DNA from: Oscillospiraceae bacterium
GTDB taxonomy: Bacteria; Bacillota; Clostridia; Oscillospirales; WRJC01
NCBI GenBank assembly: GCA_009780985.1
Contig: WQYZ01000003.1
Coordinates: 1 to 61,166 of the forward strand
Length of the DNA stretch: 61,166 nt
Reading direction: 5' to 3'
The notes under the pieces are model-generated. The model was not told the origin of the DNA and ran no database searches. It saw nothing but the letters and a program-made list of their open reading frames with translations. Shown in pieces: positions 10,306 to 20,181 of the stretch (within the stretch, counting starts at the first letter, position 1; each line of letters begins with the position of its first letter). The translations under genes and the position numbers were made by a program.

Positions 10306-10806
10306 TCAGCCGCCGTTATTAGTGCCGAACATATTGCTGAAAACTGTAGACGCGTAATTTAAAAGAGACGGCAAATAAAGCAATACTAACGCAGAGAATA
10401 TAAAAAAAACTATGATTACAGCGGCAAGCATTAATACATCTACATCTTTTCCGCCGTACATTCTGCCTGCCCTGTATAATTTATCTTCGGGAATATAATA
10501 TGCGCCGGCAATATTATTATGGGTATTGCCTATTATTTGCCCATCGCTGTCTACGTCTAAAACATTGTCTTTGCGCTCCAAAACGATTTTACGCAAAGTT
10601 CCTCTATTTCTCAGAGCAAAAGAAATAAATATATTTTTCCTGATTTTTAAATCTTCAAAAGTCTTAGCAAACGCAGGATGAACCGCTTCGGCTTTTATAA
10701 GAGCTTTAACAAATCTGCCTATAACAAGTTTATTATATCCGACAACTAAGACTGCGACTATAACCCCTGCGAATATTCCCTGTAAAATGTAATCGAGAGA
10801 AAGCAT
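10306..10806 (-). CDS. Hypothetical membrane protein (two TM helices)
   Basis: 166-aa ORF, AAAGG RBS, hydrophobic N- and C-terminal segments. Confidence 0.65.
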   Translation of the reverse strand: MLSLDYILQGIFAGVIVAVLVVGYNKLVIGRFVKALIKAEAVHPAFAKTFEDLKIRKNIFISFALRNRGTLRKIVLERKDNVLDVDSDGQIIGNTHNNIAGAYYIPEDKLYRAGRMYGGKDVDVLMLAAVIIVFFIFSALVLLYLPSLLNYASTVFSNMFGTNNGG

Positions 10807-10875
10807 TTATACACACACCGGTCCTTTCTATCATAAATTATAATATATAATAATCAAACTTAACAAATCTAAAAA

Positions 10876-10891
10876 TGTTTCACGTGAAACA
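10876..10891. promoter_or_regulatory. parS site 1
   Basis: Perfect palindrome TGTTTCACGTGAAACA just downstream of serS. Confidence 0.92.
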
Positions 10892-10901
10892 TTTTACCGC
10901 A

Positions 10902-12194
10902 TCATTTTTTCCTTTTTTCGATTAAAGTCTGACCGCCCATATACGGTCTCAAGACTTCCGGAATCGTGACCGTACCGTCCGCATTTTGATAATTTTCAAG
11001 AATACACGCTGTTGTTCTCCCGACAGCTACACCGGAGCCGTTCAATGTGTGGATAAACTGCGCCTTGTCTTTCTGGTTTCTTTTATATCTGATATTTGCC
11101 CGCCGCGCCTGAAAATCTTCGTAGTTGGAACATGACGAAATTTCCACGTAACGCTCATATGACGGCATATAGACTTCCAAGTCGTACGTCTTTGCGCTGC
11201 CGAAACCGACATCGCCCGTGCATAACAGCGAAACCCTGTATGCAAATCCCAATCCTTGCAAAACTTTTTCGGCATCAGCCGTGAGCTTTTCGTGTTCTTC
11301 ATATGAATTTTCAGGCAGCGCAAATTTTACAAGCTCGACTTTATTAAACTGGTGCTGTCTTACAAGACCCCTTGTGTCTCTGCCCGCGCTCCCAGCTTCG
11401 GATCTGAAACACGCCGTATACGCGCAGTATTTTATCGGCTCGGCGTTTTCAAACATCAATATCTCATTTGCGTGATAATTTGTAACTGGGACTTCTGCAG
11501 TCGGCGCCAAAAAATAATCTGTGCCGCTTAACTTAAACGCGTCTTCTTCAAATTTCGGAAGCTGCCCCGTGCCAATCATGGAATTTCTGTTGACAATAAA
11601 AGGCGGAAGGATTTCCGTATATCCCGATTTTGCATGAGTGTCGAGAAAATAATTAATAACAGCCCTTTCCAGTCTCGCGCCGTCGCCTATATAAAAATGA
11701 AATCTCGCTCCCGTAACTTTAGCGGCGTTTTCGGGGTCGAGAATACCGAGCTTCTCCCCTATTTCCCAGTGCGGAAGCGGAGCAAAATCAAATTTTCGCG
11801 GTTCGCCTATAATTCTGACGACCGGATTTTCTTTGTCGTCTTTGCCAACCGGCACTGATTTGTGCGGCAGATTTGGGATTCCGTAAAGTATATTATCTAT
11901 TTTACCGTCGATTTCTTTGATTATAATATCGGCTTCTTTTATTTTATCCGCAATCTCTTTCATTTGATTTAAAAGGTCCGACGTATCTTTTCCCTCTTTT
12001 TTGAGTGCGGGTATTTCTTTTGACACCTGATTTTGTTTTGCTTTCATTTGTTCTGCGTTATATATCAGTTCGTTGCGTTTAGTATATAATTCGACAGCCC
12101 GATTTATTTCGCTGTCGAAATTTTTGCTATTGCGTTCGTTCAGTCTTGTTTTAACAAAATCTGTATTGTCTTTGATAAACTTTATGTCAAGCAT
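10902..12194 (-). CDS. serS: Seryl-tRNA synthetase
   Basis: MLDIKFI start, [45 protein letters not shown]. Confidence 0.98.
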   Translation of the reverse strand: MLDIKFIKDNTDFVKTRLNERNSKNFDSEINRAVELYTKRNELIYNAEQMKAKQNQVSKEIPALKKEGKDTSDLLNQMKEIADKIKEADIIIKEIDGKIDNILYGIPNLPHKSVPVGKDDKENPVVRIIGEPRKFDFAPLPHWEIGEKLGILDPENAAKVTGARFHFYIGDGARLERAVINYFLDTHAKSGYTEILPPFIVNRNSMIGTGQLPKFEEDAFKLSGTDYFLAPTAEVPVTNYHANEILMFENAEPIKYCAYTACFRSEAGSAGRDTRGLVRQHQFNKVELVKFALPENSYEEHEKLTADAEKVLQGLGFAYRVSLLCTGDVGFGSAKTYDLEVYMPSYERYVEISSCSNYEDFQARRANIRYKRNQKDKAQFIHTLNGSGVAVGRTTACILENYQNADGTVTIPEVLRPYMGGQTLIEKRKK

Positions 12195-12230
12195 GATTTT
12201 CCTCCAAAATTATATAAACAATCTTAAAAA

Positions 12231-12246
12231 TGTTTCACGTGAAACA
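12231..12246. promoter_or_regulatory. parS site 2
   Basis: Perfect TGTTTCACGTGAAACA between parB and serS. Confidence 0.92.
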
Positions 12247-12258
12247 TTTATCTGTGTT

Positions 12259-13200
12259 TTATATCTCATTTTCTTCAAATATATTTTCCCCGCATAAAAC
12301 TTTTATTATACTCTCAAGTTCGTCGTTGTCTTTATATTCTATTTCGAGCTTACCGTGATTGGCCCCCTGTTTCTTTGCCTTATTTATCACTACTTTTCTG
12401 CCAAACACTTCGGAAATTTTTTGCTGAAGATTTTTTATGTAGACGGCTTCTTGACTTTTTGCGTTTTCGCTGTCGTTTCTCTCTCTTATATCTTCGTCCG
12501 ACGATTCGAATACGCTTTCAAGCGATGAGCTTTTTCTCATTTTGACAATTTTTTCGGTATCTCTTACAGATAAGTCATTTTTAATTATACGCTGGGAAAT
12601 CATAACCTGCTCGTCCGGACTGTCTATTGCTAGTAACGCTCTCGCGTGCCCCGCCGACAATTCGTTGCTCTCAATATATTTCAATATTTCATCCGGCAAA
12701 GAGAGCAATCTTAAAGCGTTTGCGACGACCGAACGACTCTTTGCAACCTGACGCGATATTTCTTCCTGCGTCATATCGTAATGGTCGGCAAGATATTTAT
12801 ATCCCATAGCTTCTTCTATAGGATTCAAATCTTCTCTTTGCAAATTTTCTACCATAGTCATTTCGGTCGCGGTTAAATCGTCCACGTTTTTTATAACTAC
12901 AGGCACTTCGTCCAGCCCCGCCATTTTTGCGGCGCGCCAGCGTCTCTCCCCCGCTATTATCTGATAATAGCCGTTCGGTTGACTTCTGACGACTATCGGC
13001 TGAATTATGCCGTGTTTCGCAATAGAATCCGCAAGTTCTGCCAGAGCTTCTTTATTAAAATCTTTTCTCGGCTGCGTTTTCTTGGGTTCTATATGCGTAG
13101 TGCGCATAACCGTTATATCCCTGTTATCGATTGTCATATCTATAGAATTGTCGGCAAACAAAGCGGCGATTCCGTTCCCCAATCCCGTCTTTTTAGCCAT
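12259..13200 (-). CDS. parB: Chromosome partitioning protein ParB/Spo0J
   Basis: KKTGLGNGIAALF N-terminus, QPRKDF, IIAGERRWRA, ENLQREDLNPIEEA, HARALL. Confidence 0.96.
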   Translation of the reverse strand: MAKKTGLGNGIAALFADNSIDMTIDNRDITVMRTTHIEPKKTQPRKDFNKEALAELADSIAKHGIIQPIVVRSQPNGYYQIIAGERRWRAAKMAGLDEVPVVIKNVDDLTATEMTMVENLQREDLNPIEEAMGYKYLADHYDMTQEEISRQVAKSRSVVANALRLLSLPDEILKYIESNELSAGHARALLAIDSPDEQVMISQRIIKNDLSVRDTEKIVKMRKSSSLESVFESSDEDIRERNDSENAKSQEAVYIKNLQQKISEVFGRKVVINKAKKQGANHGKLEIEYKDNDELESIIKVLCGENIFEENEI

Positions 13201-13206
13201 ATATTT

Positions 13207-14001
13207 TTATACCCCTTTCATACATATCCTATCAATTTCTTTTGCCAAATCCATGTAACAGTCATTGACTTTCGACGCTTTATCGTAATAATAAATTGGC
13301 ATTCCCTGAGTTTGCGATTCGCCTAATTTTACCGTTCGCGGCACTAATGTTTTTAATATTTGGTCCGGGAAGATTTTTTTCAATTCTTCGAGCATTTGTA
13401 TAGAGAGGTTTAATCTGCCGTCGTACATCGTAATTAATATGCCTGCGATAGCAATCTTGGGATTATATAACTGTTTAACCCGTCTGATTGTTTGGGTGAG
13501 CATCGCAAGTCCTTCCAAAGCAAAAAATTCGCACTGCAGCGGCACAACTATATAATCGCTTGCCACTAGCGCATTTATTGTCAGAACCCCAAGAGACGGC
13601 TGACAGTCTATTATAATATAATCGAAATCTTTTTCCGCAGTCAAAACGGTATTCTTAAATCTGAAATGTCTTTCAGAGACAGATACAGTTTCGTCCTCGA
13701 CAAATTCAATCTCAGCTCCCGCCAAGTTTAAATTCGACGGCAGCAGCCAGAGATTTTCATATTTCGTTTTTAATTTTGCTTCATCAACAGAACTTCTCCC
13801 TATAATCACGTCGTATATTGAGAGCGATAAACTTCTTTTATCCTGAAATCCAACGCCGCTTGTAGTATTAGACTGCGGGTCCAGGTCGCACAGCAAGACT
13901 TTTTTACCAAGAACTCCGAGAGACGCCGCAATGTTGATTGCCGATGTAGTTTTGCCGACCCCGCCTTTTTGGTTTGCGAATGATATTACCATAGTATTCA
14001 A
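13207..14001 (-). CDS. parA: Chromosome partitioning ATPase ParA/Soj
   Basis: NQKGGVGKTT deviant Walker A, DLDPQ, LQCEFFALEGL; directly upstream of parB. Confidence 0.96.
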   Translation of the reverse strand: MNTMVISFANQKGGVGKTTSAINIAASLGVLGKKVLLCDLDPQSNTTSGVGFQDKRSLSLSIYDVIIGRSSVDEAKLKTKYENLWLLPSNLNLAGAEIEFVEDETVSVSERHFRFKNTVLTAEKDFDYIIIDCQPSLGVLTINALVASDYIVVPLQCEFFALEGLAMLTQTIRRVKQLYNPKIAIAGILITMYDGRLNLSIQMLEELKKIFPDQILKTLVPRTVKLGESQTQGMPIYYYDKASKVNDCYMDLAKEIDRICMKGV

Positions 14002-14036
14002 TGTCCTTTTTTTATTTATATTTGATACTGTGTTTT

Positions 14037-14065
14037 ATTATACCAACATAAACAAAAAAAGTCAA
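14037..14065 (-). promoter_or_regulatory. Sigma-A promoter of parAB
   Basis: TTGACT-N17-TATAAT on minus strand. Confidence 0.7.
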
Positions 14066-14128
14066 TATATTTGCTTCAAATTTTATACTAAATCTTATAT
14101 TCGTTTGCGATTTGTTAAAACATATAAA

Positions 14129-14144
14129 TGTTTCACGTGAAACA
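14129..14144. promoter_or_regulatory. parS site 3
   Basis: Perfect TGTTTCACGTGAAACA between noc and parA. Confidence 0.92.
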
Positions 14145-14165
14145 TTTTTGGCATACTCCCATTTT

Positions 14166-14181
14166 TGTTTCACGTGAAACA
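14166..14181. promoter_or_regulatory. parS site 4
   Basis: Perfect TGTTTCACGTGAAACA, 37 bp start-to-start from site 3. Confidence 0.92.
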
Positions 14182-14199
14182 TTCTGTTTTTATATTTTT

Positions 14200-15159
14200 C
14201 TATGCTTTCCTTTTCGGAACAGTCAGACAGATTTCTATATATTCTCCTTTATCTGTTTTTTCGCTCTTTATATCTATTCCGCTCTGCGCAACTGTGTCCA
14301 CGGCTTTATCTATCGTATTTAAAAATAAACGTATATCTTTTACTATAATCGTCTGTCTCGGATTTTTTTCACGCGTAATTTCTTTTTCTTTTCCGGCGAT
14401 AATTTTGTCTATATATTTATCTGTGGACGATACGTTCATAGCCCGTTTTATCACAGTGTTTAATACATTTTTACGTTCTTCGTCGTCTTGTATCCTAATT
14501 ACCGACCGCGCATGCCTTTCTGTTAATCCGTATTCTGTAATTAGATTTTGTTCTTCTTTCGAAAGCTTCAAAATCCTGAGTTTATTCGCTATATAAGACT
14601 GACTGACTGATAATCTTCTCGCGGTCTGCTCCTGAGTATAACCGAACATTTCGATTAATTTCTGCACCGCTCGCGCCTGCTCGAAAAAATTCAAATCTTC
14701 TCTTTGCAGATTTTCTATTATAGCCATTTCGGCGGAAATCTGTCTGTCTGCATTGATTATAACGCATGGAACAGTTTCCATAAATAAAAGTACCGCCGCT
14801 CTCAACCTTCTTTCCCCGGAAATGAGTTCGTAAACCGGTTGATTATCCCCGCTCTCGGTCACGGATTCACGATTCGCTAATCTGACCGACAACGGCTGTA
14901 TTATACCATAGTCTTTTATACTCTGCGCAAGTCCGTAAAGGGAACGTTCGTCAAATTCTCTTCTCGGCTGATTGGGATTCGGCGCTATATTTTTAATTGG
15001 GATATTGTATATCAGGTTTTGAATATTTTGAATTTTCGTCAACTGTTCTTCTTCCCTGTTTACTGTATTAATTGTATTTGTCCGCGTATTGCTGCTGACG
15101 ATAGTTTTTTCTTTTTTGTTTACATCTGTTTTAAATAAATTGAGCATATGTATTTCCAC
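14200..15159 (-). CDS. noc: Nucleoid occlusion protein Noc (ParB-like)
   Basis: PNPNQPRREF, LISGERRLRA, ENLQREDLNFFEQA, LTERHAR, KDIRLFLNTI; rsmG-noc-parA-parB order. Confidence 0.85.
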   Translation of the reverse strand: MEIHMLNLFKTDVNKKEKTIVSSNTRTNTINTVNREEEQLTKIQNIQNLIYNIPIKNIAPNPNQPRREFDERSLYGLAQSIKDYGIIQPLSVRLANRESVTESGDNQPVYELISGERRLRAAVLLFMETVPCVIINADRQISAEMAIIENLQREDLNFFEQARAVQKLIEMFGYTQEQTARRLSVSQSYIANKLRILKLSKEEQNLITEYGLTERHARSVIRIQDDEERKNVLNTVIKRAMNVSSTDKYIDKIIAGKEKEITREKNPRQTIIVKDIRLFLNTIDKAVDTVAQSGIDIKSEKTDKGEYIEICLTVPKRKA

Positions 15160-15300
15160 AACCCTCTCGTTACATCATTTTTCTTTATATATTATTTTAT
15201 AAATTTACTGTCTGTATATTATCATATTTTTTCGCATATTATTGTCGTATTGCGCATAAAAAAAACATAAAATAATAATATAAAACACAAAAAATCCCGT

Positions 15301-16035
15301 TTATAAGGGATTTTTTGATATATTAGAAAAACTTCTCGGATATTTTGGCGATGTCTTTTTTAATTTTTTTATTTTTATTAAAATTCTTTTATTATCTTCT
15401 TCTTGTGAAATATTAAAATTTACAGTTTCTGTTATATGCAGGTCTAAAACTTTAATGGCATTTTCGGATTCTTTTATTTCTTCACCGGAATTTTTGCTTT
15501 TGTACGAGATAAAATATCCGCCGGATTTTATAAACGGAACCGCAAGCTCGCATAGAATATTCAATTTAGCCACTGCCCGCGAAACGGCGAAATCATATTT
15601 TTCTCTGAACTCTATATCTTTTCCCGTATCTTCTGCCCTGCTGCAAATAAATACGTTTTCATGTTTGCATTCTAATTTATTTAAAACATTTTTTATGAAG
15701 TTTATCTTTTTATTTGAACTGTCAAGAAAAGTTATACTCAAATCATTGCGCATTATATATAAAGGCACGGACGGAAATCCCGCCCCTGCTCCTATATCAA
15801 TAAGCGACGAATTTTCCGGTAAGTCAAAATATTTTAAAACAGAAACGGAATCTATATAATGCTTTTGAATCATATCGTCTATATCCGTTATTGCGGTCAG
15901 ATTATATTTTTCGTTTTCGCATATAAGATATTCTGTAAAAATATAAAAATCCCGAAGTATTTTTTCGTCGAATGTAATCCCGAAATTTGTGAAATAATAT
16001 GTAAACTTTCCTTTGAATACATCAAAATCAATCAT
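15301..16035 (-). CDS. rsmG: 16S rRNA m7G527 methyltransferase
   Basis: NLTAI, KHYIDS, DIGAGAGFP, SRAVA, KYPR. Confidence 0.95.
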   Translation of the reverse strand: MIDFDVFKGKFTYYFTNFGITFDEKILRDFYIFTEYLICENEKYNLTAITDIDDMIQKHYIDSVSVLKYFDLPENSSLIDIGAGAGFPSVPLYIMRNDLSITFLDSSNKKINFIKNVLNKLECKHENVFICSRAEDTGKDIEFREKYDFAVSRAVAKLNILCELAVPFIKSGGYFISYKSKNSGEEIKESENAIKVLDLHITETVNFNISQEEDNKRILIKIKKLKKTSPKYPRSFSNISKNPL

Positions 16036-16756
16036 AATTTTTCAACTCCGATATAAGATTTTCTATGTCTTTGTAATATCCGAATTCCGTTTTTATATTA
16101 AACTTTTCATCGCATTTTTCGTCTAAGTCGATTAATATATTATATAATTTCCCAATCACTTTATTTATATATCCAGGGTGTTTTATATTTTTCCCGGCGA
16201 TTATTTCTATTGGTTTCGGTTCATAATATTTTCCGATAAATACGGCGCATATTATATTATACAGCCTGTTTTCATCTTCGACAACATTCTCTTTTGTTAA
16301 ATCAAACCCGCTTTTATATAAAAATTCCCGCAGAAATTCAACTTTTGTATTCGGCTGTAAAATAAAATTAATATTTTCCATATTGTCTGTTTCTATATTT
16401 TTTATTATCTGTGAAATATTTTCCCCGCCTATACCTGCGATAACTATATCCGTGACTTCATACAATTCTGCAAGCCCCAAAAGTCCGTCAGATAAAACCG
16501 GTATAATTATATTTTCGGATATATCATATTTTTTTAAATTCTTTTTTATTTTCGTTATCGAATTTACGCTTATATCAAGCGCATATGCTTTTTTTATCTT
16601 TTTATTTTGCCACAGCCAGATTGGCAAATATGCGTGGTCGCTTCCTACGTCGGCAATTATGTCTCCCGCTATCATTTCTGCGATCGCCTTTAATCTGCTA
16701 TCTATAGATATATTTATATTCCGATTCACCTCGTTATTCGTAGGGGGCGACTTCAC
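16028..16756 (-). CDS. trmK: tRNA m1A22 methyltransferase (start uncertain; 5' end overlaps a REP-like element, GTG at 16729 possible)
   Basis: SRLKAIA, ADVGSDHAYLPI, SDGL, IAGIGG, ILQPN motifs. Confidence 0.85.
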   Translation of the reverse strand: MKSPPTNNEVNRNINISIDSRLKAIAEMIAGDIIADVGSDHAYLPIWLWQNKKIKKAYALDISVNSITKIKKNLKKYDISENIIIPVLSDGLLGLAELYEVTDIVIAGIGGENISQIIKNIETDNMENINFILQPNTKVEFLREFLYKSGFDLTKENVVEDENRLYNIICAVFIGKYYEPKPIEIIAGKNIKHPGYINKVIGKLYNILIDLDEKCDEKFNIKTEFGYYKDIENLISELKNYD

Positions 16757-16790
16757 GAACGTGTTCGTGCTATGGTCGTCCCCTACGAAT
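16736..16790. repeat. GTAG-type REP-like palindromic element 1
   Basis: ATTCGTAGGGGGCGAC...GTCGTCCCCTACGAAT inverted arms with inner CACGAAC/GTTCGTG hairpin. Confidence 0.7.
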
Positions 16791-16801
16791 TTTTCTATAT
16801 T

Positions 16802-17404
16802 TTACGCTTTTCTAAGCGAGTTTTCGATTATCTTGAAAATCCTGTCTTTTTGCGGATGAGATACATAATAAACATAATTCCCGTAACTGCGCACTTCCGC
16901 ATTGTTTGCAGTTTCTAAAAAATTGATGTTGTTTCTGCTATTCATATTTTTTACATTTTCTTTTTGCATTTCCTGCTTTTTAGAGATTCTTTTACTCATA
17001 AAGTCTTTTATATAATCCGCATTCACTCTGTCATATAATTTAAATATTCCGATTTCGACAGCAGGATTTTCTTTTGACTGCCTTACAGAATACTTTTCTA
17101 TTTTAGACAAATCTATCACACTGTCATCATTTTTTTTATTTGACTCCGAATATAATTCTTTCGCAGTTTTTTCTGATAATTCTTTTGCTTTTATTCCGCT
17201 TTTATACACAATACAATCTGATGATTTTACTGCATCGTGTTCCGAATCGGAAAAATCGGCAAGTATTTTTTTCATTATGTCGTCAGGATTAGCTTCAACC
17301 GCCGGTTCCTTTTTTTCACAGGAATAAAGGCATGATATAAATATTATAATAACTGTTATATTAATAAGAAAGTTTATAATCTTTTTTGGTTTAATATTCC
17401 GCAT
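16802..17404 (-). CDS. Lipoprotein, DUF4358-like
   Basis: Lipobox LYSC; VEIGIFKL and NAEVRSYGNYVYYV resemble DUF4358 proteins. Confidence 0.6.
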   Translation of the reverse strand: MRNIKPKKIINFLINITVIIIFISCLYSCEKKEPAVEANPDDIMKKILADFSDSEHDAVKSSDCIVYKSGIKAKELSEKTAKELYSESNKKNDDSVIDLSKIEKYSVRQSKENPAVEIGIFKLYDRVNADYIKDFMSKRISKKQEMQKENVKNMNSRNNINFLETANNAEVRSYGNYVYYVSHPQKDRIFKIIENSLRKA

Positions 17405-17469
17405 TTTTTAACATCACCTTTTTTAATTTGCATACCGTTTTGAATATACTTAATATTTTCCGCATTTTT

Positions 17470-17814
17470 TCATATTTTATGCCTTTCCGGATTTGTCAGT
17501 TCTATCAACAGATTGACATCGTCGTCATTTGCCGCGCGATTTCGGACTTTCGTCCCGCACCTTCTGCATTTGAACGTAATTACATACCCTTTTTTTAAAT
17601 CCGCGCTTGGTTCAGACGAAATTGGCTCCAACATTCCTCCGCATGAATTTTCCCTGTCGCCGGGCATTATATCAACGTGAAGCGAAAAAAGGCAATGCGG
17701 ACAATGGTTTCTTGAAGTATATTTCAACGGTTTAACTTCTTTCTCGCAATTTTTGCACGTAAATCCGGCGTCGTTTTTCGTAAATCTTTTATTTTTAAAT
17801 TTATTAATATCCAT
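17470..17814 (-). CDS. RNHCP-domain zinc-finger protein
   Basis: FTCKNC, RNHCPHCLFSLHVD, PGDR, CRRCG. Confidence 0.9.
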   Translation of the reverse strand: MDINKFKNKRFTKNDAGFTCKNCEKEVKPLKYTSRNHCPHCLFSLHVDIMPGDRENSCGGMLEPISSEPSADLKKGYVITFKCRRCGTKVRNRAANDDDVNLLIELTNPERHKI

Positions 17815-18120
17815 TCCATAATAACCATTTATTAAATATTATTCAATTTTTTTAGATTTTTTTTACCTGCTCTTATATTTTAATACATTTACTGTAATAT
17901 TTATTTTCATAAATAAGCAATTTTCAAAAATCATAGCATAACTTACATTATATTCTTCGTTTATGAAGTAATTATTACGGAGATACTACATTCAGGTTAT
18001 AAATTTTATTATCTCAATTTTATTTTTACATGATTTATATATAAAATAAATTTATAATCGGAAGTTAAAATAAAAGATAAAAAAAACAAGGATTAAAAAT
18101 TTAAGGAGAAAATAAAAATT

Positions 18121-20067
18121 ATGAATAAGAAAATAAACAAAAAACCATCAATGTTTATTTTGACTTTCATAGCCTGTATAACTGTTTTTTCTTTTGCCTT
18201 TTCTACTGTATCAAGCGTTGCGGCATATGCATACACTTCGCCGACACCCGGCGGAATTTCTAACAGCGCCACAACCAGAGGCTTGATTGACAACAGAACA
18301 GGCGGCGGCAGTTTATATGACAATTACAGAACATTAAGCGGAGTCCCTACAAATTATAACAATTACAGAAGCGGCGGCGTATACACTCCTCCGGGCAATA
18401 ACTTTGCTGCAAATTCTGCAAATTACGGAACCACTGTAAATCCTGCCAACAATTTAAATAATAATTACGGCGGATATAGAGGTTTTACCGGAACAACCGG
18501 AACAATCGGTTTAAACGACACAATGTACAGATCTAATATGAACGCTACAAATTCTTACACCAATATGAATATCCCCAATATAAACAATTATCCTCATAAT
18601 CCCAGCAATTTGGGTACGGCTGTAAATACGGACTACTATGCACGCGGCGCATACAATATGTACAGAAGCAACAATAATTATAATAATTCTTTAGGTATGC
18701 CTTACGGATACAATAATACCAACACCCCCGGTATGTACAATTATTCCGGCAGTCTTAATAACGCAAACACCGCTAATAACAATATTAATAATGCTACAGC
18801 GATGAATCAAAATCAGGGCATAACTCCTACGCGTAACAACAATACAGCAGTAAATAATAACAATATGTTTGGCAGAAACAATAATACAATGATGAACAAC
18901 ACTGCCGGCGGAAATATGAATTCCACTTTCAGAAGCGGCACAACAGCTAACAATGTAAATCGTAATACTACTGCGGCTCAAACTCCTGCAGCCAACAGAG
19001 GCTCTATGATGACTTCAACTCCAGCAGCAACTAACAGAGCTAATTCTGCAGCCGCAGCAGGACATTCAAGAACAACAACATTCAGATCTGCAAAAGTTAA
19101 TTCAATTAACCCGACTACACAAGCTGCAACAAGTAAAGCAACTACCACTAAATCAACAATGAAAGCAGCTCCCGCAACAGCGGCAAATACAAATACTGCT
19201 ACAAAAGCGAACCCGTCTAAAACTCATACGACAAGAGCCAATGCGGCGGCAACTCATAATAAAGCAATAACCACAAGAAATCATACAGCCGTACAACAGC
19301 ACGCAACAGGTTCGACAGCAAGACACGGCTACAGAACAAATGCAAATGCGGATACCGGCTCAAAAGTTACCAATAACTACGTTTATAATTATTATAACAG
19401 TGCATCTGACGGCAACGCTTACAGAAGCGGCAGAAATAACGCTGTAAACAGCTCAAGCAATATGAATAACGATATGCACTCTACAAGATACGCTTTCAAA
19501 AATAACATGGCAGGACAGGATAACAGCTACGGTCATAATACCAGAAATTCTATATCCAACAGAACCGGCAGAAATAATGTCGTAAACAGCGCGAACAATA
19601 TGACTGGATATAATAACAATAATTACGGCAGAAACTATAGATACAACGACAACAATTCTATGTATAGCAGAAATGACAATTACGCCAATTACAGAACCGG
19701 AAGCAATTATCAAACCGGCAATTACAGAGCCAATAATCACGGTACAGCAGGTACGGCAGGAGCTTACGGCAACACTTTCAGAAGCGCAACTCCTTCAGCA
19801 ACCGCTAACAATAATATAAATCAAGTTGCGCCTGCGAACAGAACAACAAAAATGACAAACGCTCCCGCTACAAGAAACGTTGTAAATAATAACAGAACAG
19901 CGGCGACAAGATACAGAGACACAGTCACCGAAAACAGAAACGCTACAATCACATTCGTCATACTCTTAGTCGCAATAGCTGCTTTGCTCGCACTTGCAAT
20001 ATATGCTTTGATGCGTCCTCGCCACGACAGAATTTCAGACAATGACAGCGCGCAAAGAAGACGTTAA
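18121..20067 (+). CDS. Secreted, C-terminally membrane-anchored Asn/Thr/Tyr/Arg-rich low-complexity protein, function unknown
   Basis: AAGGAG RBS, Sec-type signal (...SSVAAYA), ~580-aa polar low-complexity body, TM helix plus basic tail, own terminator. Confidence 0.8.
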   Translation: MNKKINKKPSMFILTFIACITVFSFAFSTVSSVAAYAYTSPTPGGISNSATTRGLIDNRTGGGSLYDNYRTLSGVPTNYNNYRSGGVYTPPGNNFAANSANYGTTVNPANNLNNNYGGYRGFTGTTGTIGLNDTMYRSNMNATNSYTNMNIPNINNYPHNPSNLGTAVNTDYYARGAYNMYRSNNNYNNSLGMPYGYNNTNTPGMYNYSGSLNNANTANNNINNATAMNQNQGITPTRNNNTAVNNNNMFGRNNNTMMNNTAGGNMNSTFRSGTTANNVNRNTTAAQTPAANRGSMMTSTPAATNRANSAAAAGHSRTTTFRSAKVNSINPTTQAATSKATTTKSTMKAAPATAANTNTATKANPSKTHTTRANAAATHNKAITTRNHTAVQQHATGSTARHGYRTNANADTGSKVTNNYVYNYYNSASDGNAYRSGRNNAVNSSSNMNNDMHSTRYAFKNNMAGQDNSYGHNTRNSISNRTGRNNVVNSANNMTGYNNNNYGRNYRYNDNNSMYSRNDNYANYRTGSNYQTGNYRANNHGTAGTAGAYGNTFRSATPSATANNNINQVAPANRTTKMTNAPATRNVVNNNRTAATRYRDTVTENRNATITFVILLVAIAALLALAIYALMRPRHDRISDNDSAQRRR

Positions 20068-20094
20068 TATAACAATATAAATTAAAACACAGTA

Positions 20095-20121
20095 GTACAG
20101 GCGGGAAAATCCCGCCTGTAC
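20095..20121. terminator. Hairpin terminator between convergent genes
   Basis: GTACAGGCGGGA-aaa-TCCCGCCTGTAC. Confidence 0.7.
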
Positions 20122-20181
20122 ATATATTTTTTATTTCACAGTTTGCTTGTTCCGACTTTGAAACTCTCTTTTTATAATTTT

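Noticed and set aside
11048-11056. Perfect DnaA box (TGTGGATAA)
   Set aside because: Single copy inside serS coding sequence; I saw no box cluster, so no oriC call
12195-12258. T-box leader for serS
   Set aside because: Gap is only 64 bp and is occupied by a parS site
14128-14596. ORFs starting MFHVKH and recurring VSRET peptides
   Set aside because: Artefacts of translating the parS palindrome; antisense to noc
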